In this document: one piece after another, positions 28,501 through 41,500 of the stretch | Layout: each line of letters opens with the position of its first letter | Numbering within the stretch: the first letter of the stretch is position 1 | Source of the DNA: Balanoglossus misakiensis | Lineage: Eukaryota; Animalia; Hemichordata | Reading direction: 5' to 3' | Assembly: GCA_040954595.2 (NCBI GenBank) | Contig: CM082590.2 | Location: 6,262,001-6,326,000, forward strand | Length of the DNA: 64,000 nucleotides | The notes under the pieces: generated by a model | Seen by the model: the letters and a program-made list of their open reading frames with translations, nothing else | Database searches by the model: none | Told to the model about the DNA's origin: nothing | Program-made: the position numbers and the translations under genes

Positions 28501-30043
28501 TTAAATTTCAAAGTAAAACCACTGCTGTTGATTTCGTTTAATTTACGTTAATTGGTTGGTCTAAAATATTGTACTCCTTACTTTGGTGATTTTAATAGGA
28601 ACTTGTGCACTTGTTGACAATACTGACAATACTATTGTTACTTTCATCTTTCTGTTACCAATAAATGATACTAACATGTATCATCGTTCTTATTCAGTGT
28701 TTCATCCACAATTCATAATCGCTGCATTTTGACATATGCATAACACACCAGACTTATCACTCTACTTTGAATTAAAGTGACAAAAAGTCTCTCTCTCACT
28801 GCCATTTTCCATTAATTATGTTTGATACAAGACACCGTTTATGTTATTCTACAAGTGGATATATTTAAATCAACGTTCGACCACACACAACTTCCATCCC
28901 GTTTGTAGGATATGAGAGTAAAAACTCGCCCAAAATGAATAAACGGTAAACACCAATTATTCATTTTGGCGAGTTTGTCACTCTCGTGTCTACAAGCAGG
29001 GATGAAAGGTGTGTGTGGTCGAACATTGATTCACTATATATCCACATGTACATTAACCTAAACAGTGTCTTGTATTAAACATAATTAATGGAAAAGGGGC
29101 AGTGAGAGAGATTTTGTCCATTTAAGTGCACTAAATACGAGGCTGTCGTAGCCAAAATGTGTCATTAATGCAGTGTAGTGTTGCTATCACATTCCATTTT
29201 GACAATATTTGGCAAGTCTTCTGAGAATGCTGTTGACTGCTGTTAACGTTGTTCTTTTTGTTAACATCAGGCCGAACAGAGGAAAATTGAATTCAGTGTT
29301 TTGATGAGAGAACCAGGCATCACCCGAAATAGTAGCAGAGTTCATGTCTGTGGATTTGGTGGTGTTGGAAAGACAACCCTTGTGAAATCTTTGCAACGGG
29401 TAACAATAATTTTCATATCTATACTTATATCTTTGTCAAACATTGTATGGTCACACTGTTTTCCACTTCGACTGTTTCATCGATGTTTCAAGTTTGTTAT
29501 TTATTTATTTATTGGTGATACTATGAAATTATTCCTTTATTCACTTTTTTCTGAATATTGTAATGTACAGCCTACATAAACAGTTCACCAAACTATTGTC
29601 ATTATTATCTATTCAACATTATCATGATGTCCAGGTGAAATAGTTTGCTTAAATGATACAGGTGGTGTTACTCGCCCATCAGATTCACTGTCAACACAAA
29701 CGCTTACTACAGTTTTGTGTGTACCACTTTCATACAGGGCTTCTGGCAAGCGTATTTCACTCGACGAGCTGAAGAATACCCGCCTCCACCGGACAAGACT
29801 GGGTACACACCAACACCAGGTATTGATGTAAAAACTGTCGACATACCAAAGGTTGGAGAATACATTGTCATGGATTTTGCTGGACAGTGTGAGTACTACG
29901 TGACACACAACATGTTCCTGAGAGCAGAAGATGCTGTGTTTATGCTTCTGTTTAAAATAACAGAAATGGGGAAAGATGACCCAAAACATTTGAAGAAGCC
30001 TATAGAGATGTTGCAACAAGCACTGAAAGAGGTGAGATGGGAC

Positions 30044-30078
<35 letters not shown>

Positions 30079-33000
30079 CACACACACACTAACCCACACA
30101 CCGGAATGAAAATGAAACTCCAATTTAACGGCCACACACAAACAAACAAACACCAACACACACACACACCGGAATGAAATCTACTTTTGAACCTACTATG
30201 TCGAAATATAGAACTAGTCATTTGAGGACGGGTTGGGGAGGGGGGTTGGTGAGTAGTCCCCAGATGCAATGCCTAACATATACAGACTGTCATAATTTCT
30301 TGCATGTTTTTGTAAGCTCTGAACTTGGTATAGTTTATGTGTGGCATTACAGTGCCACTATATTGAAATATTCTGCCAATTGCATTCCCCAAGACGCAGT
30401 TAGTTATTTTCTCAAATAATTACACTTAAATATTCTTACAACTCAATACTTGTGTTATATTTAAACTAGCCCATTAGCTATAAATAATGTTTGCATTACA
30501 CAAAACATTAATTATTAATTACATTGATTGATGGATTGGTTGATTGATTGATTGTAATTGGGAAATTAAATCATTGTGATAATTTTCAGACCAACATATG
30601 GGCCCAGTTCTTCAAAGGCATGATAAGCAGCATACCAAAGAGTGATGATGCTTCGTCTCGGAGTGAAGACACTAAACCAACTGTGATATTGATCGCAAGT
30701 AGAGCTGATATGTTGGATGAATCTCAACAAGAGAGTGGTGAGTCAATTTGTTTGATTGCAGTTACAGCATAAAAATGCTGGAACAATACACTTGTACACA
30801 CAAACTCACACACAATCCAGTTTGTAATGGTAAAACAAACATTGATTTAGACAAATCTGTTTCTGCATCCAAACACATTTTGATGGGTGGGGTATTTTAG
30901 AAGCAGTTCATTGTAAGGTAATGCACGATAGTATTTTTTCAAAAAGATCTGTCATAAATTACTTACAATCTTTTAGTCAGAAGGGGCATTTCCCGCCCAC
31001 TTTTAATACTAGTTAAATACCGATACCCATTTTCCCCCTATTTTATAGGAATAGTGACATGCCCATAAGCTCATGCAGTCTACGAGTTTACGTTATACAT
31101 GTACATCCATAATTACCATAACCCATTTTTTTTATTTTATGTTTTCTTATATAGCCAAATGGGTTGTAGAAGAGGTACGCAAAGAGTTGAAGAAATTTGG
31201 CAATTATTTGAATATCGTGGATGAGACAGTTTTGGTAAATTGTCATGATTCTCAAAGTGAAGCAATGGGCAGACTACGTGTGATCTTACGTGGGTTCAAG
31301 GTGAGTTTATCATAAATGCATAACTATTTCTATTATCATATTGATTTTAATATCTGCCCATTCAAAAATGATAAAAACACTACAGCAGAATGATAATTTC
31401 AGTTGAGTGATCAATCCAACATTTCTCACAACAATTGGCCAGGTTAGATTAATCACTCCGATCAAATCTTCATATGTATGGAGTTTTTCCTGTAAATATT
31501 TCTCCATACTTTTATCACCTTTCCGTTTACCACATGTTCACTCAGTGAACCAAGTTATATAGTCACATAATATATAAATACACGAAATACTAAGGGCATT
31601 TTCTTGGTGTTGGTGATGGTTGCTATACACACTTACTAACACAGGTATGATTACCGAAAGTTTCCAGATGTTTAGAAGTGATCAAAAAGCATTATGTAGT
31701 GGCATGTTGATGGAAATATATACTTTTATATTGCATTTGACATTTTGGGAATGGTCTTTGGTCCCATATTTTCCATGGCTGAGTTCATTGAATCGATGAT
31801 TTAAAAATATAGCTACTCATCATAATTTTCCATTCCTTCATTGCATTACAGAAGGAAGAAAAAATACCAAGGTTATGTGCAGAAATTGTCGACAAGAAGC
31901 CAATATGGTGTAACGAGCTTCTTAAATTCCCTGTCCTGTACTGGAAGACGTATGTGGAAAAAGTACAGGGAATTGATCCATTGGTTAAAGAGCCCTTTCT
32001 GAGAATAGCTACATCTTACCTGGATAGCATTGGCGAGGTAAATGTAGATATACAGCAAATAGTTCATCCACCAATCCGGCCACCCAATCAGTGTCTGTCA
32101 TTACACCTCACATATTTATTGCATACATCCAGGCAGACAGTCACATATCAATGAATCACTCAATCCGTCAATCCATTTGACCCATCCCATACATACATAC
32201 ATACATACATACATACATACATACATACATACATACATACATACATACATACATACGTACATACATACATACATACATACATACGTACATACGTACATAC
32301 ATACATACGTACATACATACATACATACATACATACATACATGCGAGAATGCATGAATGCATACATCCACCCATCCATCCATCTACCTGTCCTTTCAACT
32401 TTCACTTTTGTTAACATCCAAAGTTTATTTCATTGTCTTCTTGTTTGTTGCAGATTATCTTTGTCAAGAATCCACTTGGTGATGATATCATTGTTCTTGA
32501 TGGTCAATGGTTGTGTTCAGAAATCTTGGGTCGTCTGATGGCAACTGATATCTTCGTTCAATACAGCGACAAACTGCCGAAAAATCAGAAGTTCTATCAC
32601 GAGACAGAAATTGCTCGAGTATTCAGTGGTTACGGTGATACCAACTTAGTCATGGCTCTTCTCAAGCATTTTGAGCTTCTCCATGAAGATGAGTCCAATC
32701 CAAAATCTTACATCATCCCTGGACTCTTGGAAGATAAAATGCCAGCAAATCAATGGGAATCGGATCCCACTAAGCATCACTATTTTGGTAGAAGAATCGA
32801 ATGCCATGATGAAACAGACAGCTTCACACCAGGTTTGTTCCCACGCCTACAGACCAGGCTCTACCGTCACTTTGAGGAAATGGGTTACCCTCCCAGTGGA
32901 ATATGGAAGAATGGTATCAAAGTCTGCCACATCGTAGAAGGATTGGTGTACATGACAGATGGATGGACAGCAATCCACACCTGTGTCAGAGCAGAAAAGG

Positions 33001-33701
33001 GAGAAGACATAGGGGCATGTTACCAGTTACTGGAAATGGTGACCAATGATATATATGACGTCATAGAGATCTGCTGTCCGGGTATCGAGGTCGACACCCA
33101 TATTCTCAGCGCCCACTCGCTGCGAATTCACAGCAACCCAGAGAATGTCAGATTCTACCCAATGCAGAAAATCACAGAAGCTGAGCAGAATGGAAGTGGA
33201 GTGTATGATGAGCAAACAGGTCAAGAAGAAGCTGTCACTGACTTGCTCTGTGCTGGATATGATACCACATTCCTCCGTAAATATGGATATGAAAGTGATG
33301 TCAAGTGGATGCTGAAGGATGCCCTCAAGATATTTTCTAATATCATGGATATCATCCGGTTCTCCGGCAATGACTACAGGGCTATGGCAGACTTGATGGG
33401 GATCCCTCAAATGGAGGTGGCTTCATGGCAACACAGTGCATCGATTCAATCCCCCACACAACATGCTTTATCTGTTTGGTCCAAGGGCTGTGGAGGACAA
33501 CAACGTGCAGGCCAACAGCCAACTGCAGATAACAAATTCTGTAAGAGCAATTTTTCCAACCTGGTTACAATTCTTCAGCAAGAAAGTTGTGATGTCTACG
33601 CTGCCAGAGAAGAAATACATGAGATGTTCCGAAAACTTGGGGCGTCAGCTGATCTTCATGGTGTTGAAGGAGACATGGCTCATCTACATCTAATGTCCTA
33701 A
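16508..33701 (+). CDS. Roco-family protein, DAPK1-like but without a kinase domain: ankyrin repeats - ROC GTPase - COR - death domain (~850 aa, 11 coding exons)
   Basis: Exons with AG/GT ends and consistent phase: 16508-16537 (MASGKFKDPQ, least certain), 18990-19106, 20771-20869, 25672-25770, 28282-28338 (ankyrin motifs GWTALLEAA, GWAPLHLAAAYGHGDVVKLLL, GKTPLDVA), 29271-29399 (P-loop GFGGVGKTT), 29738-30031 (TPGID, DFAGQ), 30590-30737 (LIASRAD, G4-like), 31155-31300, 31852-32037 (YLDSIGE), 32454-33701 (COR-like QWLCSEILG and GLFPRLQ; death-domain-like GNDYRAMADLMG..SPTQHALSVW). Confidence 0.88.
18048..18249. mobile_element. PIF/Harbinger-like MITE
   Basis: TIRs GGGACTGGTCAGTTTCTT / AAGAAACTGACCAGTCCC, flanked by TAA on both sides. 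Confidence 0.7.
21596..22099. mobile_element. MITE with ~130-bp TIRs and a 9-bp TSD (AcademH- or MULE-like)
   Basis: ACGATACTGAAGTAAGACTCGGATTC... / ...GAATCCGAGTCTTACTTCAGTATCGTA; flanks ACACTCAAC / ACACTCAGC. Confidence 0.7.
23729..24663. repeat. ~935-bp direct repeat, copy 1 (intronic)
   Basis: Colinear with 26657-27590, e.g. CGCCTAACTGTTTATCTGTTCACAAATGCTCAATATAAGCC ... GTTCTGTGTTGGGTTGTGTCGTATGT. Confidence 0.9.
26657..27590. repeat. ~935-bp direct repeat, copy 2 (intronic)
   Basis: Colinear with 23729-24663. Both copies contain a ~100-bp TAGCT.TGGAAA...TTTCCACAGCTA hairpin element (24117-24222; 27079-27175). Confidence 0.9.
28776..29121. mobile_element. Kolobok-like MITE family B (AGGGACAAAGTCTCTCTC...GAGAGACTTTGTCCCT, TTAA TSD)
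   Basis: Near-palindromic ~340-bp element flanked by TTAA. Other full or partial copies at ~23052, 36609, 38071, 41509, 43872, 45580, 51045, 53400, 56480, 58845 and 60625. Confidence 0.8.
32189..32341. repeat. (TACA)n microsatellite
   Basis: Directly visible. Confidence 0.95.
32454..33701 (+). CDS. Large terminal exon of the Roco gene (COR + death domain, 415 aa)
   Basis: Lies within the 422-aa ORF 32433-33701; polypyrimidine tract and CAG acceptor at 32451-32453; TAA stop at 33699-33701. Confidence 0.92.
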   Translation: MIFVKNPLGDDIIVLDGQWLCSEILGRLMATDIFVQYSDKLPKNQKFYHETEIARVFSGYGDTNLVMALLKHFELLHEDESNPKSYIIPGLLEDKMPANQWESDPTKHHYFGRRIECHDETDSFTPGLFPRLQTRLYRHFEEMGYPPSGIWKNGIKVCHIVEGLVYMTDGWTAIHTCVRAEKGEDIGACYQLLEMVTNDIYDVIEICCPGIEVDTHILSAHSLRIHSNPENVRFYPMQKITEAEQNGSGVYDEQTGQEEAVTDLLCAGYDTTFLRKYGYESDVKWMLKDALKIFSNIMDIIRFSGNDYRAMADLMGIPQMEVASWQHSASIQSPTQHALSVWSKGCGGQQRAGQQPTADNKFCKSNFSNLVTILQQESCDVYAAREEIHEMFRKLGASADLHGVEGDMAHLHLMS

Positions 33702-35720
33702 GATGATGACATCAACATCTCAGAAGCAGACCGCTGCGACGTCAGTATATCAATTTCTGGTTTGTATTGCAAAGGATGGCAGTATTTCCATGAAAATTGT
33801 TGCAATGTCTGAGACTTTAACTGAGTAACGAAATTGGTACGTGCAAGTGAAAAGTTCCCAACACACATACAGTAATTATCCCCGCAGAGAAAATGAAGCC
33901 AATACACCAAACCACCCTCCAACCATGACTGTCTTCTCAATAACAAATCCGGCCTGTGAAATGTCACACGGACAGTGGTCATATATTTAGCTGTGGAACA
34001 ATTGTGAATGAAAACTGTATGTTAAAGGCACAATGATTTACTATCTTGCAGCAGTTATAAATTCCAGTAAAATTCCAGTCTTTAGTGGATACCAAAAGGG
34101 CCGAAGATAATGGTCTGTTTGCAGAGGTTCCAGGTTTATAGATATTCCTGTAACATGTGGTTCTCAATGAAAGAGAATTGAAAATGTATTCTGGTTACAC
34201 TTATTTTACCGGATTGGCTAGGGTTCGCTGTACTTGAAATAATATAAAATAATCCAAGTATGGCCCAATGGTAGAATCGATAGTTGTAGTACTAATAGAA
34301 CATATCTACACATATGATGCTGACACAAAATGAAGTACTTGTATGTGATACTCAAGGATCATTATCGCTCTAAGTGACGTTTTGTGCATAGAATAGTGAC
34401 ATATAATCAAGGATTAGAATTACTGTGTTTGATGTTTTTGTTTTGATTAGAAATGACATTTAGTCAAGTTTTACTATCACAGTATATGTGATACATCTTT
34501 TAGCCGTGAATATGCTTTGTGTTTCAGCCAGACATACTAGTATGTGATGTGTGTATAAATGTAGTTTCTGAGTATTACTGACAAGGTTAGCTGTACAAAC
34601 GAATGGGTTTGTATAATGTGAAGGAAAATGCAACCATCTCAAATGACAAGATTGTTGGTGCTGACAATACGGGCCAACACATTCAGTTAGTAAGTTTTAT
34701 TCTAATACATGAAGCCTCATTTAAAATATTCATTTGTGTAAAGATTACAGTCACATTTCCTTATTTTTTGGTATGGTTATAGTTGAAGGGAAAGTTTACT
34801 TTTCATAATGTAGAAAATCATCCACAAAACAATGTATTACAAATTGCTTTAGTTCAAAACATGTTTGCTTGTTTTCTTTGCTTGAATGCACCATCTCGAA
34901 ATTTGTAAGCACGATCAAACTTTTTAATTTTAGTACCACTGAGCTCAAAAATAACATTTCCGTGATTCTTAAAACCCACACTTCTGGGCATATTAATAAG
35001 AATGATAGTTTTTAAGATTTCTACATACACTGATAAAGAAGACAGGTTGATATTTCAATTATTGATGACATGTATTTGAAAAATTCATTCCAATATTGGC
35101 AATTTTGTTTGAATAAAATTGAGACAGAATTTGTTTGCACTATATTCATTTTAAGCGAAAAATAATGTTTAAATCTAATTATGTAGTACCTTTTGTTGGA
35201 AAGCCTTATTCATATACCCTTTCGATGTTCTATGATAGGACAATAAATAGCCCATTGGTCTTCATTCAAATTGCGTTGCATTTGTTTGAAAGGATTTTTT
35301 TATATGTTTTCACTTAATTATTTGAGGAATAATCTTAGCCCAAATGGATGAGAGTGCACATTGTACGAAAAATTTGCGAATCCAGGGGCTTAGGGAGCAA
35401 TTCATGGTTGGGGGGGGGTGGCAAATGTAACCAACATTCTGGTGGTGAATGACTTACAATGGAAATGTGCATACATGAATAAATTCACCGCTCAAAGTTA
35501 GCATTGGTGGGGGGGGGAGGGGGGCAAGTACTCTGCCCAGGTACACCAGGCAATACATGAAAGGTGTGAAAGAATGAAAGGGGTGAGTGTGGGAAGGGGT
35601 GTCCCTCTCTGACATTAGAAAATTTTGTAATATAACAATCTCCAAACCGCAATTTTTTGTCCCTACAAGGCTCTTTACTGACGCGCCCTCAACCGGCCAT
35701 CTTGAAATTGTGTCGACCAT

Positions 35721-36165
35721 TAGTCTCGGTTACCCAGACGCCTTTGCTCTTCCGATGCTCTTCAGAAAAGGGTCTGGAGAAATACTATTGAAATCTTTGT
35801 AAAACAAAATGGCCGATGTCAGGATTTTGATCATCGCCTGATTGGCTGAGCTGTCAGTATGACCTGGGTCACTGACTCTCGACAATGTGTGATTATTTGT
35901 TGTATCTTCATATCAAGAGACCGGTACTTGTTGGTTGATGCGAAAGGCAAAAGGCGTCCTCTGTTAGCATTGTTGGAGAAATTATATGAATTATCTTTGG
36001 TAGACGATTGTCGAAACTATTGCAGTGACCCGGGTCATACTGACAGCTCAGCCAATCAAAATCCTGACATCGGCCATTTTGTTTTACAAAGCTTTCAATA
36101 GTATTTCCCCAGACCCTTTTCTGGAGAGCATCGGAAGAGCAAAGGCGTCTGGGTAACCGAGACTA
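35721..36165. mobile_element. AcademH-like non-autonomous DNA transposon (TAG...CTA termini, long TIRs, 9-bp TSD)
   Basis: TAGTCTCGGTTACCCAGACG... / ...CGTCTGGGTAACCGAGACTA with a perfect TSD GTCGACCAT (35712-35720, 36166-36174). A relative lies at 49818-50254 and a solo end at ~24905-24973. Confidence 0.8.
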
Positions 36166-38070
36166 GTCGACCATATGTGATTTTCATCACTCACTTAGGT
36201 AGCTTAAAACCTATTTAAGGTAGGGAGAATTGCGGGAAAGTGATTGGCTTTAGAGTGTGCATGTATGGTAGCTGATCAGTGGCCTTCGTCTCTTCTGTTG
36301 TGAAATGTATAAGTGAACGGCCTGTGTAGGTATCTGAGTCTCATTGCAAAAAAAAATGGCCAGACGCAAAACACCCAGACAGTCTGGTTCACTCTTGAAT
36401 TGGCACACGTTCAACAGTCAACCCAATTGCATTTGGGTGAAACCAGGTCACGATGATTAACAAGGCCTTCTTTATACACTCAGTGCCCGCACCGTGATGT
36501 CAATGAAAGGAGAGCTCTTTGGAAGATGATTTCTTTTACTTGTATTCAGAGGAAGCATTTCATTGTACACGTTAACACCAGTGCTATTTTTCACACGTGT
36601 TCAATTAAAGGGACAAAGTCTCTCTCTCGCTGCCCTTTTTCTATTAATTATGTTTGATACAAGACACTGTTAATGTTATTCTACATGTGGATATATAGTG
36701 AATCAACGTTCGATCAGTTTTTACGGCCGGGGGGCCGGCAAAATCCAAGGGGGGGGGGGGATCACTTAAATTTTGAAGTCCGAAAGGGGGGGGTCATCTG
36801 TTTTTTTAAAACGTTTAGGGGGGTCACATACTTTTACCACCGAACTTTTGCTTTTGAGTCCACAAAATTGCAGTTTCGCGCCCTTTATTTGACAAAATTT
36901 TCTAATGTGCGAGGGGGACACCCCCTCCCACACCCACCCCCTCCATTCTTCGCCACATATCATTTATTCGCTGGTTGCACATGCACTCATATTAAGGGTT
37001 TATAATGCCTGTGTATAGTTCACTGCCTTCATTTGCATGGACTAATGGTAGTACAGTGTGAAACAAAAATTATGAAAATTATCCCAAAAGTTGCAGCTTG
37101 TGTGCCTTTAATGAATCTGACGAAAGTAATGTAAATTTAAAAAACAAACGACATATATCTGATTGATACTTTTTGTTATGTTTTAGCATTATAAAGCTGA
37201 CTTTTCATTCTTGCTTTGTAAACCAATCATCTTGTGCAGGTGGTGAAGAACTGTTTCTAGTCGAACACCATTAACATCAATTGAATAAAAAACACAATCA
37301 TTTGATTAAGCCATGAACAATGTGTTTAGCTGAATACAACTTCTCTGGTGAAATCTGACGCATGGAATGCCAGAGACAAAGAACATGTAGAAGAATATGT
37401 AGAACTTCATGACCTCTGCGCGTGATCTGTGCCGTACAGAAGTTATCTTCATGAGTGATGCGGTGTATTGAAAGGAACTACTTTTTTCATTCTCTCTGTA
37501 CGTGTTGTCGGTCATTCCATGGACGTCCATGGTCATTCTTGTGATGAAGGACAGTCATCTGTGTGGTTTATCTCACAAAACAATGCATTCCAAACAATGG
37601 TGTTTGTTGACCCTGGCCCGGTTTCTTTTACAAAAACGTGCTCATCAAACCGCGACTTCATAAGTGTACTCACGGTCACCAAACTCAAAGGTGCACTTTA
37701 TAGTACAGTATAACCCAGAAAGTATATCTCGGGTATTTTGGCAACGAACCAATCAGTCTTGTTATGCAAAACACTTTGTTGCACTGTTTATATATAGAGA
37801 GTTCTGTTGCCATCGTCCCAGTAGTTCGCGCACTTCTGCATTGAAGACAACTTCCAAATACATCACTGGTTGTAACACTGAAGCTGAAAAATGGGGTAGG
37901 TTTCAAAATCCAGTTGTTTTGCTTAGGTACCATACTGCAGCTGTCATAACGAAATATCAATCGCCGTGTTGGATCAGATGCTTTGCTCATTTTGTTAAAT
38001 ATCTGCATTGATAACTTCAACATATGCTTTACGTGAACTTGGTGGACTTTTTATCTTTAAACCTTGTTAA

Positions 38071-38376
38071 AGGGACAAAGTCTCTCTCTCGCTGCCCTTT
38101 TTCCATTAATAATATTTGATAAGAGACACTGTTTATATTATTCTACAAGTGGATATATAGTGAGTCAACGTTCAATCACACACAACTTCAATCCAACTTG
38201 AAGATACGAGAGTGATAAACTCGCCAAAATGAATAATCGGTGTTTACTCTTATATCCTACAAACGGGATGAAAGTTGTGTGTGGTCGAACATTGATTCGC
38301 TATATATCCACATGTAGAATAACATAAACAGTGTCTTGCATCAAACATAATTAAGTGAGAGAGAGACTGTGTCCCT
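38071..38376. mobile_element. Kolobok-like MITE family B
   Basis: TTAA-AGGGACAAAG...GTGTCCCT-TTAA. Confidence 0.85.
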
Positions 38377-38513
38377 TTAATATGGGGATCGGAGCAGTAG
38401 AGGACTCAGAAACCTCCGGTACTTATGCCTTATGCCATTCCACTCACGTTGCCAGCCGGCCCCCTTTGTATTCCTTCACGAAATCAACTTCTACCACGTA
38501 GAATATTATCACC

Positions 38514-41500
38514 ATGTACACGTTTCTTAGGTTGGGAAACAGCACTCATATTTAGCGATTTTAATATTTGTATATAGTTCAGTGCCAACATTTGCATGGG
38601 CTAATATTAGTACAGTTTGAAAACAAATTATGATAATGATCCCAAAAGTTGCAGCTTATGTGCCTTTAAAAGCCTTACTCAACAGTGGGTCAAATCTTTT
38701 GTTTCCAGAAACAGTTACGTGCTAAGACAAAGGCTTTCATGTTTGAATCCATTGTTCTGCCCTGGGATCTAGAAATGGGCCTTTAATGAAGGTATTTTCT
38801 TGAACAAATTGCGTGTATTGAATACAGGTGAGAGAAACACAAGATGTCTCTGACGCTGCGTGTTTGTAATGTTTCACTCCTTTTCTTTGCATTCATTCAA
38901 TCAATCACAGGTCCCTCTGCCTGCCACTGGCTCTTGTCTCCCTACTCGGTTTCCTGTCTATATGCCAGGCTCAAATTCCAGGTATGTATACACTGCAAAA
39001 AAATATAGGTGCAAGCAGCAGTAGCGGGGCCCTCGCCAAACTGGCACATGGCGTGAATGGGGTCAACATAGTTTAACCATCGAGTTTGCGCACCATAGCA
39101 GTGGATGAGGTCAAGTGTGAGACTCCATCAGGTGTTCCATCCCTCCAAATGCCAAGGCTGTATGTGCTCTGGATGCCGAGATATGGGAAAGTAGGTCTGG
39201 GTCACCTAAGGTCACCCAAAATTTCGGCAAAATTTTTTGAACCCATACTGGTTCATGTCCAACATAAACCAGACCTCTAGCCATATTGGTTATCCTGGAA
39301 TTCGATATGTACATAATTAATGAGATAAGCAGGTGTCACAGGTAACACCAAAATTTTACTTTTTATTTTGGTCAAATGCTGCACCGACCAGAATTCCACA
39401 GTAAGGTAAATTAATTAATAAAAAGTAATAAAACAATCCGTCCATGTCTCATGGTAAGGCTTTTCGTGTGTTAGGTTTTATCAATTTTTAGAAACTAGTT
39501 TTAGTCAAGATATTTTCATTAGGTAAATTATTTTTTTAATCTTTTGCGATTTCTTCGATTTGCGATTTTTTGTCATAGTCTTGGCAGGAAGGTATCTCGC
39601 TTATAGCTCCATGTTGTATTTAAGGATGTACGCACAGAACATAAACCGGAAACACTGCGCGCCTGGTCTTTTTCTCATAGGATTACATTGATAATCGCCA
39701 GAAAACAAAATTCTACTATTGTCATTTTCACGAAATTTTACACAAGTCATAGCTCAGTCCAGCAAATATAAATTCATTGGTCAAATAAAATATAGGGGTC
39801 ACCGCGCTCTATTTTGAGATAAATTGCGTTAAAAATTTTGCCCATAGACAAACCATTGGTGAAAAATGCTGAGTCAGCAGTTTTCTTATATTATCGGCCT
39901 AATTCATAGCTCTGTATTTCATAAACGAGCGCGGTGACCCGTATATTTTATTACGGATTTTCATTATACATACAACGGAGAATAAAACATTCCACAATTA
40001 AAAAATGACAATACTTTCAATTTTACTGAACGTATATCCTTAATATATAGTTTTCAACGAATTTCTGTGTTATCGAGGCACCAGAGGAAGACTGTTTCAA
40101 TTTATTTTAATGTGTTGTCAATTTTTAAATGGTAAATAAATCAAATAAACAACATTATAACACACCATGCAGCGAACCCTCGATCGTGATTCGTCAATAC
40201 GCCGTCACCTTAGTAATTTCGAACTGTTCTCTTTGGCATCAGTTCAATCGGTTTCTGCCCGGTACTGTTGCCCCGTCTTGATATAATTCCGTGTTTAGTG
40301 TGTTATAAAACACATGATGACTGACATATTCGGGCAACAGTGTATTTTTGATGACCTCAGGACTGCAAGTCACACCAAAACAGTCTGTTTTAGTTGTGAC
40401 TAGCAGCGCCCTCAGTCATCAAAATACTCTGTTGCCCTCATTGTCAGTCATCATGTGTACACTGTTGCCCTCATTGTCAGTCATCATGTGTATACTGATC
40501 ACTGGGCGTAACCGTTCACGCTGTGTACCAGCCAGCCGATCAATTCCCGAAAGTAGTTCCGGTCACACAATGAAAATCGGTCCATGTATTTCCACTAGTA
40601 AAATAGACCCTGAAGACTCGTCATACCCTCACTGTTAAACACAAGCAGGTGGGAACAAACCATTAAATAGTGATAATAACAAATAAATGCGTCATCAATT
40701 ACGAATTAATATTTAATTATGTACAAATGTAGAAAATCAGTGTTTTTGTTTTTCGTGTTTCAGATGACATGGCAGCGACAACATTAACGGTAACCGTACC
40801 AGACCCAACAACAGGTGGATTTACTGATGGGACGGGTGTATTTACCACCTTTACACTTGCATATACTGTAACAGGGGCTGGAGCAACACCTAGCGCTGTG
40901 AAGATCTACTTCAGCAACGCTGACGGCTCAACAAAGTCGGCTGAAGTCACGGCAGGTGGTATGGATGCACCGCCTGGCACTATACAATACGGAGCTTCTG
41001 GGAGTTTCCGGGACCTCACGGCTTCGCTAATACTCTACACCGCTAACTGTGCCGCATACACCAAACTGTGTGCTGCCATCACAGTGACGGATGATGATGC
41101 CACCAACAACGAGGCGTGTGTTGACTTTGGCACTGGCGCTGACAAAGCCGGCACCAAAATCTGTAGTGAGTATTCAATTATTGCGGAACTATTCTTTGCT
41201 ATCAATCACGTGATCTGGCCACTAAAACAAATGGATGTAAATGTACTCCACTGAGACATTATAGTTTTCTTTTTCATTGAAATATTTCACTTTCTTTTTT
41301 TAAAATTGCCTGAATTTCTGACTGTACTGAGATTTCTTTAATTTTTTGGCAATTTGTCATAAATGTTATCTTAATATACTAACAGACAAAATAAGCTCAA
41401 TTGTCTCTAAGAAATACATTTACATAAGTGCAGAATGTTTGGAAAACATGAATATTCCTTTATCGTATCTGATTGTTATGGGACGGTGGTGACATGCATG

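Noticed and set aside
32116-32417. MYVC-repeat ORFs (also 62379-62660 and the poly-V/poly-C ORFs at 42867-43176)
   Set aside because: They are microsatellite translations.
37300-38066. Moderately GC-rich stretch with several short ORFs, possibly a pseudogene or TE relic
   Set aside because: All frames are interrupted and I recognised no motif.
38786-38827. Alternative first coding exon for the surface protein (donor at 38828)
   Set aside because: The required frame has an upstream stop and no ATG; 38514-38530 gives an in-frame Met and a complete signal peptide.
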